A stretch of 63,118 nucleotides of DNA, filler included, from Choristocarpus tenellus KU-1152 (lineage: Eukaryota; Protista; Phaeophyceae): the NCBI GenBank assembly GCA_964200185.2. It is 6 parts of 6 records of this genome, joined end to end, with 100 filler letters (N's around TTAATTAATTAA, not from the genome) between each part and the next. Parts side by side here need not be neighbours in the genome. Positions count along the whole stretch, not along the records: positions 1 to 18,615 come from CAXNAD020000530.1; 5 more parts are not named here. One strand, 5' to 3'. How positions within the stretch are numbered: the stretch's first letter is position 1; every line of letters begins with the position of its first letter. Shown piece after piece: positions 1 through 13,380 of this stretch. A program made the translations under genes and the position numbers. Below the pieces are notes generated by a model. The model did no database searches. It saw only the letters and a program-made list of their open reading frames with translations, and had not been told where the DNA came from.

Positions 1-3000
1 GTAGGCACGCCCCCTGGAACGCCGCCAGCCCCGACGGAGCCTGGTGGCAGGCTTGCTGGTGCTTCCCCCACCAAGTCCTTACTTGACAACCCACTTGATT
101 TCGCTCGAGCAGGGGGTGTCTCGCTTACCCCGTCTCCAGACCCACCCGCCCCGGCGGCCCGTCTGCGGACGAGGCCGCCCAGGCCACGGTTACGACTACG
201 ATTTTCCTCTTCTCGGACAGCATTAACCTTGGCACTGTAAGCAGAGGTGACAGAGGAGGAGTCCTTACCAACATGAGGCTTGAGAACGTTCCGGAAGTCT
301 GACACGCCCTGCGATGGGGTAGACAAGAGGATGGAAAATGCGCACCAGGGGAATGTATCGTGGGAAGGGGGAGTGTTAGGCGAGGGGGGCATGGATTCAA
401 TAGCAGCACACGATTTCCTCGTCAGCGGTGCTGCAGTGATTCAAATTTCAATATCTTTCAAGCATGACAGGGGTCTCGTTGCAAGGTACAGCATTGTATG
501 ATGTAGGTGGTGCACGAGGATCAAGTCTGAAGCAGCCATTTTGAACCTGTTCTTGCCTTCTTCTCACACAAACTCTGACCATAGAACAACAATATAATTG
601 TGGGCATTAACTGAGTTCTTGAATCTAACTCACTTACTCTGCTGAAGCTCATGCAGTTGCAATTTGTGGGGGATGAAATGCCCCTCACAACCAACCCGCT
701 GACAAAAACCTCTCTCCTGTCAACCCCTTAGCAGTAAAACACGAAGGTATCTACCGGAGAATGAATAGCACTAACATCAGCAGTATAGTCTATCCTATAA
801 TAATAATAATAATAATCACATGAGAGTACAGAGTGCGAACTAACCTACTGCAACTGTTCCACAATCACGATCTAGATCTTTCACAGACCCCTCCTGCGTG
901 TCATCCACTTGCCCAGACCAACCATGTTGTTTCCACCAAGAATGCTATTGATCGATACAAGACAACACAAGCACACAATCAAATGCCACTTAATCGACAC
1001 GCCTCCTCACTCACCTCGAGTACAACCGCTTAACTTCAATTCAATGAACAATGCCAACAGAGCATTTATGGTACAACTGCCCGGAACAGAGCCTTTCCAT
1101 CGCCAAGGGCGTGCACAGCCAATACAAAAAAATCCAACTGAAATCTGCCATTTTCAAGCAATGCCATTGAAGCCCTTGCACCAAGAGGGGATGCTGGTCC
1201 AAACCCTTCCAACACAGTCACCTGCGTGGCAAGGGCCACAAGGAAAGGAGCCAGCTCAGGTAGAACATTGTCATCTTGCAGACCCTCTCCGTCGCCTATG
1301 CTGTATTTCTTGACCAGGATACTGTTCTCAGGCTGGTGGCGTATCATGGGGGTGGGTGATGATACCAACAAGGGGTTACAAAGGAAGGGCAATCACATTT
1401 GTGACAGTAACATTTGGGCGTATGGTTTTGCTCCAACCAGGGAGGCATTGCACGCAAGGCCGAAATTAATGCTGTGCTTCCCTTCTATTTTTTTTTTACC
1501 ACATACAGCACACATACCATTTATTGTTGCAAGCACACATCGCTTGGACAGGGTTAGGGTTGGGTGGAGGCGAGTGGCAGTTACACTACCAGTAGTGGAG
1601 ACCATCGATAGCCCTGGGATAAGTGGGATAGGAGACACATACCAATGAAGCAGTCAAGGTGCTCAATAACACACAGCCAAACAGACCCGATCCAAACTCT
1701 TGAGTACACAGAAGAGGAGGGAGAGGCGTTTCAAAAAGGATGAGACATACACCCCCCAACCGGATTCAAACGGCACACGCTGCCCAGACCTGCTTCCTCT
1801 TTGTGGTACATCGCCGTATGCCTTGTTCTCTCATCACACATGCTCTCACCCCCAATTGGTTACTGCTTTCACTCTCCCATCCTATGACACAAAGATAACA
1901 CACCTGTAAGGAAACGCTATCAGGGTTGTCGTCCACCATCACAATGTGTTCGATGGGCCGGTTCATGCAGCTCAGATCCTTGATGTGTTTGCCCCCTTCA
2001 AACTTGGTCGCATCCCGGTACAGTCGATACATGATGTAGCCATTGGGGTCCAGGCTTGTGATCACCTGGTCGTTCAAGGCCGTTGCGGGTGGACTCGGTG
2101 TTTTTTGTGTCCGGGACAGATGTCTTCATCATCGTCGTCGTCGTTGTTGCTCTTGAAGACTCGACACTTAGGACACACACGTAAGCTTGTATATCATGCA
2201 TGTTATGTCTACACTGTGTCGCAAGTCATCGGCTGGGAAATGCATGGGTATTGCTTTCCTTCTGCATCCCCGTCGAAATGAACCCAACCCTAACCCTAAC
2301 CCTAAATGTTGAGAAGGCAACCCGAAACAACATCTTGGACAGTTTGAGGAAATGGAAGAGCTTGCCCCTCCAAACAGTATCCACCCCTCAACGTTGAGCT
2401 CAATGAATGGCAACATACCTGGTCAGCTAAACCTCCACTGCTGTCTGTGAAGACCACTATCTCATACAATTGGTGCATCTCCTTCAGGAAGGCATCCACA
2501 CCGGGACGCTTTGCTGTACGCCACCTATGTGTGTGTTTGGTGGGGGAGGAGGGGGATGAATACACTCATGGGTACATGGCGTTCCTTCCCACACAAGTCA
2601 TAACAGCCGATGTACCTACAACAATACAACATAAAACCATGGTGGAATCTACCACCGGGACGAGGTCAAGTCTCTTTTCCTCTATCACTGCAGGACACAG
2701 CAATGGCAAAACAAGTGATATTGTGCAAACGCCTCCTTCCTCTTGTAGAAGCGGTTGCTACTTACCCATTCTTTCTGTTCCACTCTGATGCGACAAGCGT
2801 GCCTTCCAAGTCAAGCACCAGAGTTGGGGGGCATGGTGTGCCAGGGGGGGCCTGAGGCGGAGGCCAATTTGGAAGTAGCTTTTCCCTGCTTGGTTCTGTG
2901 AATGGCCTGGCGATCTTTTTTTGGATCAGGGGAAAATAGCAGCGTAGAGAGGGGGAGGGGCCTATTTATCCAGACACAAAGAAGTGAAGAGGACACTATA

Positions 3001-6000
3001 TATAGAGAAGATCAACTTTATATATCAGGTTAGGAAGACAATAAGGAGGGACTTGTCGCCGATGAGGTGTTGATCCACCAATCAGAACAAGGCGAAATAT
3101 TTCTTCCGCCTTGAAAGTACGTACGTCCATGGTCATCTGGAGCAGACTATCGGCACACCATAAAAAAAATACGCCATTTTAGCAGGAGAGCCAGTGTGTG
3201 CGCCACGACGGCGGCAATTGGACTCCTCGTGAAAAAACGGGAATTGGACAGAAGGTTCAAATTACAAAAAATATGTCTACCATGGTCTTAACTGCAGTGC
3301 CAAAGAAGCACATAGAGATGGAGTCATGTGAGGCACCTCTGACACCTGAGTCTACGCCTGAGTCTACACGGCCTGCCAAACAGAGACGCGCGCGAAACGA
3401 TGATGGACAAGCGGGTACCTTGAGAAAGAATAACCTGCCCTGCTTGTCCCACCGATGGTAACAATATATTTCAATAATGCTGTCACCACCGTGCAAAACT
3501 CAGGAGGCCCGAAGCTGGTGACGATGTGCTGACGGGACTGGACGGGTGCCATTGAGCAAGTTCGTGTCGAGCAATGCAGAGAAGGTGCTAGAAACCCCCA
3601 AAGCAACTCTCATCAAGCGATTTGGTTGACCTATCATCCCAAGTGCTCTGGGAGTGGAAGTTTGAGGTGTGAGGCACTATCAGGTGGGTGGGCGGTGTAC
3701 GAGAGGTGTTGACCTGCCCAAGGTTCTATTCACGTATGTCCAGAAGCAATTCACAAGTCTTGTTGAGTGTAGCTGAGTTTCGTTCCTGCCCTACGTAGTA
3801 TTTTTGATGTCCTAGAAACCTTTCCACCACAAGACATGAAGGTTGCGTACAATCAAGATTTTTGTGGCGTTTTGAAATGCTGGAAAGTCACCCCATATTA
3901 CATTTCACGAGGTTACAGAATGCTTTGCACGGTTCAGAAAAACAATAGAGTGGTCGCGCGATCCCGTTTTGTATCTCAAACTGTGTTCTGAATGTTCTTA
4001 GGCCGTCGGCAAAAATGCGCCTTGGACCTCAATAGTCCTAGTGTCGCACAAAGAAAGCTGTTTATTGGTTGCCTCGTTGCGAAGAGAAATGTCTCTCGAT
4101 AACACAGTGAGACTGTCACATAGTGAGACTGTATAGGGAAAGTACTCACGTGAGTATCATTTGCACAGTAGCAGCGATGAAATGAACAACAATAATGATG
4201 TTGTTTGCTTGCCCTGCAGAAGTGCAGGTCAAAGTGAACTGGCATTGGAAAGGTGGTAGATGTGATCCCTATCCAATTTAAGCAGGGGCCCACACATTAA
4301 CACCTTCCCTTTATTCCACACCATTTGTCAAAAAGTGACCTCTACAATCCAGCAATAGTTCAATAAGCACACTACAGTGCAGTAATTGTACTCCCTTAGG
4401 TGTCAGTCACGGTGTGGCTCCTGCCATAGAGCAATCCTATGATGTAAGAGTTTGAGAAATGAAACTGTGGTACGGGTAGTGTACATTATAGACTATTACT
4501 GAGTGTAATTATGGTGGGCAGGAATTCTATGACAAAAGAGGGTAAAGTGATGGATATCATGTGTTATTTCATGGTACAAAAAACGCTGGAAACGTTCTGC
4601 CCTCTAATATTTCGTGTATTACACAGTAATCTCATGATATCCTACACACCTAGATGAAGTGGACAGGAAGGGAGTGTCACCAAACATAAAAAAAACATAT
4701 ATTTGTTGTATTTGGCATATATATACTCTCATTGACACCTCACGCCTAGAACAAAAACGAGTTTAGTTAGGAAACACCACAAATTTGGGTGCACTTTCTG
4801 GTCTCTTGAAATTGAAAAATGATGAAGCACTACAAGCCATTTCGAGATTCAACGTTCAGCCTTTGAAAATCCCTGTCTTTGAATATCAGAGCACTCTGAT
4901 TTTTTTCATGGAGGTTCTTTGTATTTAAATAGTCGGTACTCAAATTTGAGCCATCAACAACTGAGGCAAGGGTTTGATGAAGAGATACATGTTTTCAGAA
5001 GATCTTTATTGAGTGGGGGTCATTAACTTATGATATCCTATGGTACCCTGTTATCTTCCGACAGTTATGGTGTCACGACTCTTAGATAACGTCAAAGTCG
5101 AAAGATTCACTATGATCTAACATCTCCTTCTCCTCCCTCCTATATAGCTACTTATTGGGGTATCGACCTGAAGCATTGATGTTTTGAAAGCACGGAGCAG
5201 ATGCACCAAATGTGAAAATTTGATGCATTCACATCGACCCTCATTACTATTTCAAAGGAAACGACACGAACAATAATCGCATCTCATCAAAGGTTCTACC
5301 AGGACATCTCAGCAAAAGCCTTCACATATACTTCCAATTCCGTATGAAGCTTTGTGCGCGCTATTTATACCCATACATACCTCAGCAATCTGAGTCGTGA
5401 GCCAGGCCAAAGCACTGTCGATCACAGTCCCACGGAGGACTTGCCCAACGTCCCCTTCTTTGTATAGCCAGATCCCTCCCATCGTGGCCAAACCAGCCGT
5501 CGCGATCAATAGTCCTCTTCCACCTCTGTGCTCACTTGCCACAGTACCCGTCACCCTTGTGCCTCCTCCGCTATCCGTCCCCACAGTAGCTGACCCTTGA
5601 CGCCCTGCCTTCCTCGCTTGCCTACTAGCCAGGATCTTGGCCTTTGACTGTTCCGCGGAAAGTACCTCTGCCTTAGACACCTGTAGATTGGGCTTACTGT
5701 CTTTTCCCGCCTCTGTCAGTGATCGCTGCGGGACCCTCCTCCGACACGCGTTCACTGTGCCCCGCCTGCGCTACGATTGATTGGGTCGGCAATAGGAGTG
5801 AAAATGTTGAGGGTTAGAGGCATGCAAAAGAGATGAAGATTCAATAGGGAGAAGAGCAGAGGAAAGGTAGCGCTCCAGCAACTTCTAATAAGCTCAAATA
5901 GACCCTCGGTACCACTGGATCAGTACTAAGAGTGACCGTATAGATATCGCATTTACACGTCAACCAACCACAGGTGCTGCAAGTCGCATTGCTGGTATGA

Positions 6001-6260
6001 AATGTTCTCTACCATAGAGCCAAAGCCACCATAGCGATCAGCTGCTCAATGTATATACAATGACATCGATTTTAATAATTGGTCAATAACCTCAAGCAAT
6101 CAGTGGTCAAGTTTACAGAGGGCGAGGTCCATTGCAAACGTAAGGACCTCCAGGGTTGGCCAAACACTTCTCGAAGGAATATAACAAAGCACGTGGCATT
6201 ATAGGACGCTTGCAACCTCTTAGCTGACCTTCGGGCTATCACTGACGCTCTCGCAAGCAT
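1..6260 (-). CDS. TIM50: Mitochondrial import inner membrane translocase subunit TIM50 (FCP1/NIF-fold); 3' end runs off the window
   Basis: Phase-consistent exons 6260-6217, 5765-5381, 2914-2766, 2524-2419, 2065-1904, 1332-1222, 308-<1. Arg-rich presequence (MLARASVIARRSAKR), one TM segment (LLIATAGLATMGGIWLY), then PFTEPSREKLLP..PTLVLDLEGTLVASEW..GWRTAKRPGVDAFL..YEIVVFT..YRLYRDATK..HIKDLSCMNR..IVMVDD. Confidence 0.93.
2286..2305. repeat. Interstitial telomere-type repeat (CCCTAA)x3 in a TIM50 intron
   Basis: aaccctaaccctaaccctaa read directly. Confidence 0.85.
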
Positions 6261-6450
6261 CTTGAGGCCGCAGGCTGGTCACCCTTGAGCTGCCAAGGGG
6301 CAACCTTTTAACAAGAACACTTGGGATAGTTGACCCTGAAAAATGCCCCCAAACGCCTTCAGTGTATTTGGTCTATTGTCAACAACGTACTCGTCAACTT
6401 GTTTTCCTCTCACCTAATAAACAGCAATTCTACACGTACAGAAGTGGAAG
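6261..6450. promoter_or_regulatory. Putative bidirectional promoter between TIM50 and purple acid phosphatase
   Basis: Only 190 bp separate the divergent start codons (6260 minus, 6451 plus); no specific motif identified. Confidence 0.6.
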
Positions 6451-9400
6451 ATGAGGACCAAGGCTCTACAGCTGTGGCTGATTCTGCAAGCATTTGCACT
6501 GCGAGTTGGTCTGGGGCTCGTTACGGGGGTGAAGTGTCCACCGAGGGTAAAATGCCCAACCACAACAGTCGATGGTGTTGTGGTAATGGCGGAACCTGAG
6601 CAGATTCACATCTCCCTCGCGGCCCCGCGACCAAGGGGGAAGTATGACATGGCGGTCTCTTGGGTCACCTGGAGTTCATCTAAGACGCATGTCTACTGGG
6701 GAAAATCTATGGAGGATCTGGACTACTTGGTCGAAGGGCATTCAACAAGTGAGTTGAATCCACGGTCAACCATAGTGAGGTTTCCACCCAAATATACCGA
6801 ATAGCCACGGAGGTTGCATCGTTACCACTCATTTTTAAAAAGTGAGTATTATAGGTATAACTGCAGCTCGTTTCGTCAACGTTGCCGTTTTCACTACCAT
6901 ACTACTGCACGTTGTCCAGTCATTTGTCGAATCATCAATTCGTATAGCAAGGACTTGACACATTCTTTGAACACCAGCTACAGTTGACGTCAAAAGGAAC
7001 CGCAATGGAAATTCAGCTCCTGTACTAGTTGTTCGTCACTGCTTTCGCTCTGTTCCTCAGGATGCACTTGTCAAGTAGGGTGCCACCCTAAACGGACGAC
7101 AGTGGTGTAACGGAACTTTTCCAAATTTACAAGATGGCCACTACCCTGTCCCTCCCCCCGAAGCTGCACAAGTAGAGCTAGTAGAGAACCCTTATTTACC
7201 GATTTTTCCCAATGAAAAAGTGACTGAACACCTACGCTTACGCACATTGCACGGGCCTTAGCTACGGATTGTTTTACTCCGAATGCTAACCCTATCCTCG
7301 CACCAAATTGCAGGCTACTCCTACAACCACCCAGACTACCCTGTCTACACTAGTGGCTTCTTGCATACTGCCACCATAGTAGGGCTTGAGCCCTCCACTC
7401 GTTATTTCTATTCATGTGGAGACACAGAGGAAGGGCTTAGTGAACCTCGCTCATTCAGGACTCCCCCTGATGTAGGTCGAAGTCAGGCAGTGACTCTAAG
7501 CATCCTGGGTGACCTTGGACAGACCACGGATTCCAAGTGAGTTTGAGCCAAAATTCTTGGGTTTCACAGAGCCCTGGTTATATATTTGATATGTATCGAG
7601 GGGTAGGTAAAATGGTTTTGCTTTGTCGTTAGTGGCCCGACCTTCTCGGAATCAATCACTACCTGAAAACTAATCTCCATTACCTACGTTTTTTTCTGAC
7701 TGTTCTAATTTTACCATCTATGAACTCCAGGAAATTTAAATGGTCAGGATTTTCTATGTAGTCCAAAGTGGGGGTGAGGAACTATGGGTGGGTTCATTGC
7801 GGAGTAGATTGTATATGTCGTTGAGACTTTGTGTAAATAAGACATGCTTTGCTTGGAGTACCATCAGGTTTTTCTCCACCTGGGATGTATTGCTAACAGA
7901 GATGCCATGTGATCTCATTGAACGTTGGTTCGGACTCCCATGAGCTGCCCCATTGCCATCGTTTCACTTCAATGTGCATAGTGGTTGTTGTGGCCCTGAA
8001 GTACTCCCTTTTTCTACAGCATGTAGTGCCCATATGTAATGAGGTTAGCATCTCCATCAACTCTCGCCCTCCCCCCTCCAATGTTGCACCAAAAAGGAAT
8101 ACTCTTGATGCCCTTGGAAGGGATGCATCACTGGATGTTGTGCTGCATGCTGGGGATCTGTCATATGCAGACTGTGATCAGGTGTAGTTGGGGAAGGGGA
8201 AAGCCAGCATATCCTACACACAAGTCACTCACTTTGTCTTCCCTTTACCTTTGCATTGAGCTTGGATCCAAGAACTTATGTACCTCTGAAACCAGTTTTC
8301 TGTTGCAATACTCTTTCCATGGAGAATGCGAGAAAACAAGGAAGATGGGTCAGTTCTCACTGTACCCCTTGCCTTGATGGTGTGAGCACCTATGTATGTA
8401 TATTTACTAGTACCCCATTTTTGTCATAAACGAGCACTGCAAGATACCTAGCGCTAACCATGCATACCCTCCCTGCCTCCCTGCCTCCCTGCCTCCCTGC
8501 CTCCCTTCACTTCCCTGCCGTCTCCACCCTTGATGGTAACAGCCCCGCTGGGACTCATTCCTTCGATTGCTTGAACCAGTTGCATCCCGCTTACCATGGA
8601 TGGTCAGTGCAGGAAACCATGAAATAGAGTATGGGTCGGAGGATGGAACTCCATTCACCTCCTTTGAGGCGCGATTTGCCATGCCATCGGTGGGGCCTGC
8701 TCTACGCAGCATGGATTGTGGTGTTGGGGGGGGGCTGGATGGCAATGGTGGCCTTGAGGCCTGTGGCATGGGCCGGATGGAGGATGAGGAATTGTGGGGG
8801 GATCATTTTGCAGAGACTGCTCTCTCTGCATTGGAAGCCAAGGCAGGCATGGACTTGAGGCCTGCAGAAGGTTTGAGTCGAAGAAGCCGAGAGGGGCATG
8901 CCATTGAATTTTTAAGATCATCGCTGGCTTTTTGGTGGCAAATATTTTTGGAGCATTTAGTTCACCGGTGTGGATTGCATTATGGCTGTTCTGTGACTAG
9001 ACTCAGCCTGCATAAGGAGTAGCTCATCACTACCAACACCCTTTTTCGAATGTTTTCATCTTCTTCAAGCAAAGATGACAAACCCCTTGTAACTAAAAAC
9101 GGTCAAATCATACACCCCTCTCCTATTGGTTACTTTGACCCTCTGCTGAACTCAGAAGCGACTGTGGAGGACAGTGAGATCAAGGCTGAAGGTGTAGCAA
9201 AAATTCAATGCTGCCCATCAGAATGGTCTGGAACGTATGATTTTGGGAACAGGTGCAGTAAAGTTTGGAAGGGGTTGGGTGAAGGAGGGTGCATTTACAG
9301 TGTGTAAGAGAAAGTGTTTGTGCTTCTTGCTTTTCTTGTACATACCTCCACTGATGATTAGACCTTGTGCATGTGCCCACTGTCTTGTTCTCTGTTGCTG

Positions 9401-12400
9401 TGATGTCTCACACCTATTAATACCGTTCCTTGAAATACAGATTGATACATACATTTCATACAGGTTTTGAATAGCACGGGGTCATGGGGGTATTCTCGAT
9501 TTTGTACAAACAACACAATCCAGAGCATGTATTTATTGCTGCCAAAGCAGGCCTTAGCACTCAGATAGTCCTTGCACAATTCAGTCTATTAATAAACAAA
9601 GGATGGTCTATCACCTGACCACCCTGGTTCCTCCCCTCCCTTTCTGTCCTGGCCCTCTATTCCTGTATATCTGCACTCTCATACAAACTGGTGCATTCCA
9701 CCAGCTTCTACAGCTTTGACGTAGCATCAGTTCATGTGGTGATGATCAACCCATACACTGCCTCTGGTAAAGACTCCACCCAGTACAACTGGCTGGTAAA
9801 GGTGAGGCACGCTCTTCTTGTTGATATTTTGACCTGCGATATGAACCCCCTCTCCCCACTCCCTATTTTTCCAGCTGCTGCCCCACCCTCTACCATGTCC
9901 CTACCTGCCTCGAATGCTTGTATGTGATCCTTGACCCTTCATTGATTGTGCTTGGTGTGCGCTAGCCATTTGGTACTCAAGAGAACACGTTACTTTTCAC
10001 ATTACTTTTCAAGCTCTGCCTTGGTAGTCGTACTTCTGATATTGCAATGGCCACACAAGGGCTTGATTCAATTGGCACCTTGATATGATGTACAATTTGT
10101 TCCAAGCGATCCATCATGCACAGTTTGGATAGATTTTGGTGGAGGTGCTTGTTCCTGGTGATGGTGTGTTGGTCAAATCCTGCTCTCCTCGACTGTGGAC
10201 TTTTGATGTGATCTGGTACAAGGTACTTGGCAGAGATGGAGAGAGTGGTTTTGAAGAAGTACAGCCGGCCTTCATGAATCTGTTGTTGCAGAGGCATGTC
10301 ATGTTACTCCTCACCCGAAGGTAGAGGTGGAAAGCAAAGTGGATACCAGCTACATGAGAGTCTGTAGAAGTGTTACGTGTGATGTACAAAAATCCCACTC
10401 CTGCTCAGTAAAGCCTTTTTATGAGAGCATTACATTGAACCTGTACAAGGTGGGAGTCTGTGCCGTGGAACCCACTTTTAGCACTGGTGTTGCGTGATTT
10501 TTTTGTATGTAAGAACTGCACAATTCTTGACAACCATATTGGAACATTTTTGTCCTCTTGCTGAAACCTTTTCATCCCTCATGTGCTGCTAGAGATGACC
10601 TGGTAACCCTTATTTGTTGAAGTTTGTGATGTAAACAGCATAGAGTACACGAAGCAATGCAAGGCTTGTATTGAGCTGCTGTGTGCATGCAATGTGAATC
10701 ACCTGGCACTTTGCCCCAATACCTGCTCAAAGTTTTCAAAACCAAAATCTTACTTACTGCATCTAAACCCATGTGTATCACACAGTAAACCGAATTTCAG
10801 GCCAGGTTTATATCTTGCAGTATTTGTATTCCCATTTTCAACAAAAGATCCACTTTTATCCCCCCCCCTCCCCTACCACACACACACCTTCCTTCTGGTA
10901 GGACCTTGAATCTGCAGATAGGTCTGTTACCCCCTGGGTGGTAGTGGTAATGCACTGCCCCTGGTACAACACAAACCTGGCGCACCAGCTGGAACGGCAG
11001 GCTGGAGCAGCCATGAGGTCCATGGAGCCACTCTTGTTCCTGCACAAAGCAGCTCTCGTGGTGGCTGGCCATGTTCACGGTATGTTAGTTACTACACTCT
11101 TGGTGGTGTCTGGCAAAGATGTTTCTGTGATGGGGCATGGAAGTGGAGTGGGGAGAAAAAGAGGTGTAAATTGTGTCCCTGAGTTAGTTGAGCGAACGGG
11201 AGGGGGTTAGGGTTAGGGTTAGGGTTAGATTGCAGTAGGGGGGAGATTTGTATCTGTAACAGTTGGTCTTGAACAAGCTATGGAGGCTACTGGGAACGCA
11301 GGTTGAGTGGAGTGAGCTGGGTGTTTTGGTGTGGTAGTCTATTATCTTTTTTCGCATTATTTTTCTTCCACCGTGGTGGATAATGTTGGAAGGCGAGTGG
11401 GTGCTAGCGCTAGGTGTTGATGTGTGATGGTTTGCTGGGTTGAAGCTACAGGCATCAGGGCTCTAATCGCAGCTAGAGGCAGAAGGTTAGAAGTGATGCT
11501 GTGGAAACTCATTTCCCAGTAGGAAAGGCGAAATGTGAAGTGACTTGCTGAGTCACGGCTTCCACCAATGGAAACCTCGGGGAAACCTTGCACGTGGAGC
11601 TGGTCACAAGTATTATGTTACAGCTTTCCCCCCCCCACACTCAAAGCGGTGGGCAAGGGCTTGTACTTACCCTCTGTTGTAGAGCCTCTAGAGGGTGTGT
11701 TTACATCAAAAGCATATCGCATATTTCCTAGTGCTTGCTATCATTGGCCCTCCACCACAAACCCACACAGAGATACCTAGGATCCTTCCACTGCTGGCTA
11801 TGAACCTGTATACATGTATGTATGTGTGTATATATATACTGGTGTGAAGAAGTCTCTTTTATGTCCTGCCTATTGGATTGTACTCAGAAGGGGTGCAGTT
11901 TGCCTGTCAATTAGGTGTCACACTTCAACCTGAGATCAACACCCAGCCACTGTAACTCACCACTAACTCCACTACCGACATTGTTCGCCTATGGCAGCCT
12001 ACGAGCGTACTCATCCAGTTGTGGGGTACAACCACCAGGAAGGCGGTCCTGTTCATGTTACTGTGGGGGGTACTGGCAATAGGGAGGGGCATGCAGGTAT
12101 GTGGGTGCAAGGGAGGATTTGCAGGGGCTATGAAGAAGTACTTTGCTCTCTTTGCATTGATTGTGGTTTGGTGCAATGTCATAATGGTTTGGGAAGCCTC
12201 TGGAGGGTTAGGGTTCTCAATCTTTTGGTTTGCAACTTCATTTTTTGTGTTGTGAAGTAAGGTTTGTTCCTTTCTTGAGATCGTCTTATTTGGTGGGATA
12301 TGTTTTGTTCAGTTGTGGGCAATGTACTGACCATCACTCGGTAGGCATTATCCTGTTCCTGAACTCTGTGTTAGTTGAAATATGAAGCAGCATTTGGAAT

Positions 12401-13380
12401 AAGAGGCAAGTGTTACATTTGGTGCCTTGCCTGAGAGTATCTCAATCAATTCGCAGGCGTTTATGCAAGCCGTTCTGGGCTGATGAGTGTTGGACCTTGG
12501 ATGGCTTACACAGCTTCAGTCCCCATTTGTTGCTTCATATGACCAGCACTGAGCAACAGTGTGGCTGACACAGACAGATCAGCAGCAAGGAACCACAACA
12601 CACTTTGAGACGGTTAAGGGTTGACTGCAATCTCAAGCCTTGTGAGTTGAATGATTTGAGCATGGTTTTGACTTATTGGCAAGAGGGCATGCTCATGAAG
12701 GGTGACACTAAATTCCCTTTTCCCTCTCTCCCATCCTTGGCCCCTGGTCCAAGTAGATCAATTTTACTCTGCTCCGGCCTGGAGTGCTTATCGTGAGGGC
12801 ACCATGTTTGGGGTTGGGCGGTTATCTGTTCGCGACGAGAAACTGGCTCTTTGGGAGTGGACGGTGAGCTGTCTAACGCTAGAGTCTTGGCACAGGTTAT
12901 ATGCCTTCCCCACCCCCCTTGCCATTCCCCAATCCTCAAGTTGTAGAAACTACTGCTGTCCTCACCATGTACTTCACCAACTGTCCTACAATTAACTCAC
13001 CATGTCATTCCATCTCGTTTCACACTCCCGGCCATGGCCTACCTTGGTCAGTTAATTGTAGGGCTGATGCTGGAGGACATTCCTGTTTTTGTTTTTGTAT
13101 CATCTCCTCCCGTCGCACAGACTTTTTGTATCATCTATTGTTTGTTTTTATTTCCATTGTGGTTGTTTCTAGTGGTGGAAATGAATGTCCACTCCCATCT
13201 GAACAACGGGGACCGTCTCCTTGGGATGATTTCATATCTCTAGCTCCCCGTGCTCCTCTCTTCCAGGTGACAGAGGAAGGGGACAGGAGTGGACTGGTCG
13301 AAGATTCAGTTTGGATAAGTAACCCATACAAGGTTGGTGAGTATGTAGATTCCACGCTCCCCACCGTTGCAGGATCCTAG
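6451..13380 (+). CDS. Purple acid phosphatase (metallophosphoesterase with N-terminal FN3-like domain), probably secreted
   Basis: Ten phase-consistent exons 6451-6748, 7314-7536, 8097-8181, 8543-8870, 9075-9252, 9705-9801, 10902-11079, 11998-12096, 12757-12863, 13267-13380. All five PAP metal motifs present: GDLG, GDLSY, GNHE, VVMHCPWY, GHVHAYER. Also PEQIHISL and a hydrophobic N-terminus. Confidence 0.95.
8470..8504. repeat. Short tandem repeat (CCCTGCCT)n upstream of PAP exon 4 acceptor
   Basis: ccctgcctccctgcctccctgcctccctgcctcc. Confidence 0.8.
11204..11228. repeat. Interstitial telomere-type repeat (GGGTTA)x4 in a PAP intron
   Basis: gggttagggttagggttagggttag. Confidence 0.9.

Noticed and set aside
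2790-2825. TIM50 DLEGT instead of the catalytic DxDxT motif as a novelty
   Set aside because: A degenerate phosphatase motif is a known property of many Tim50 proteins
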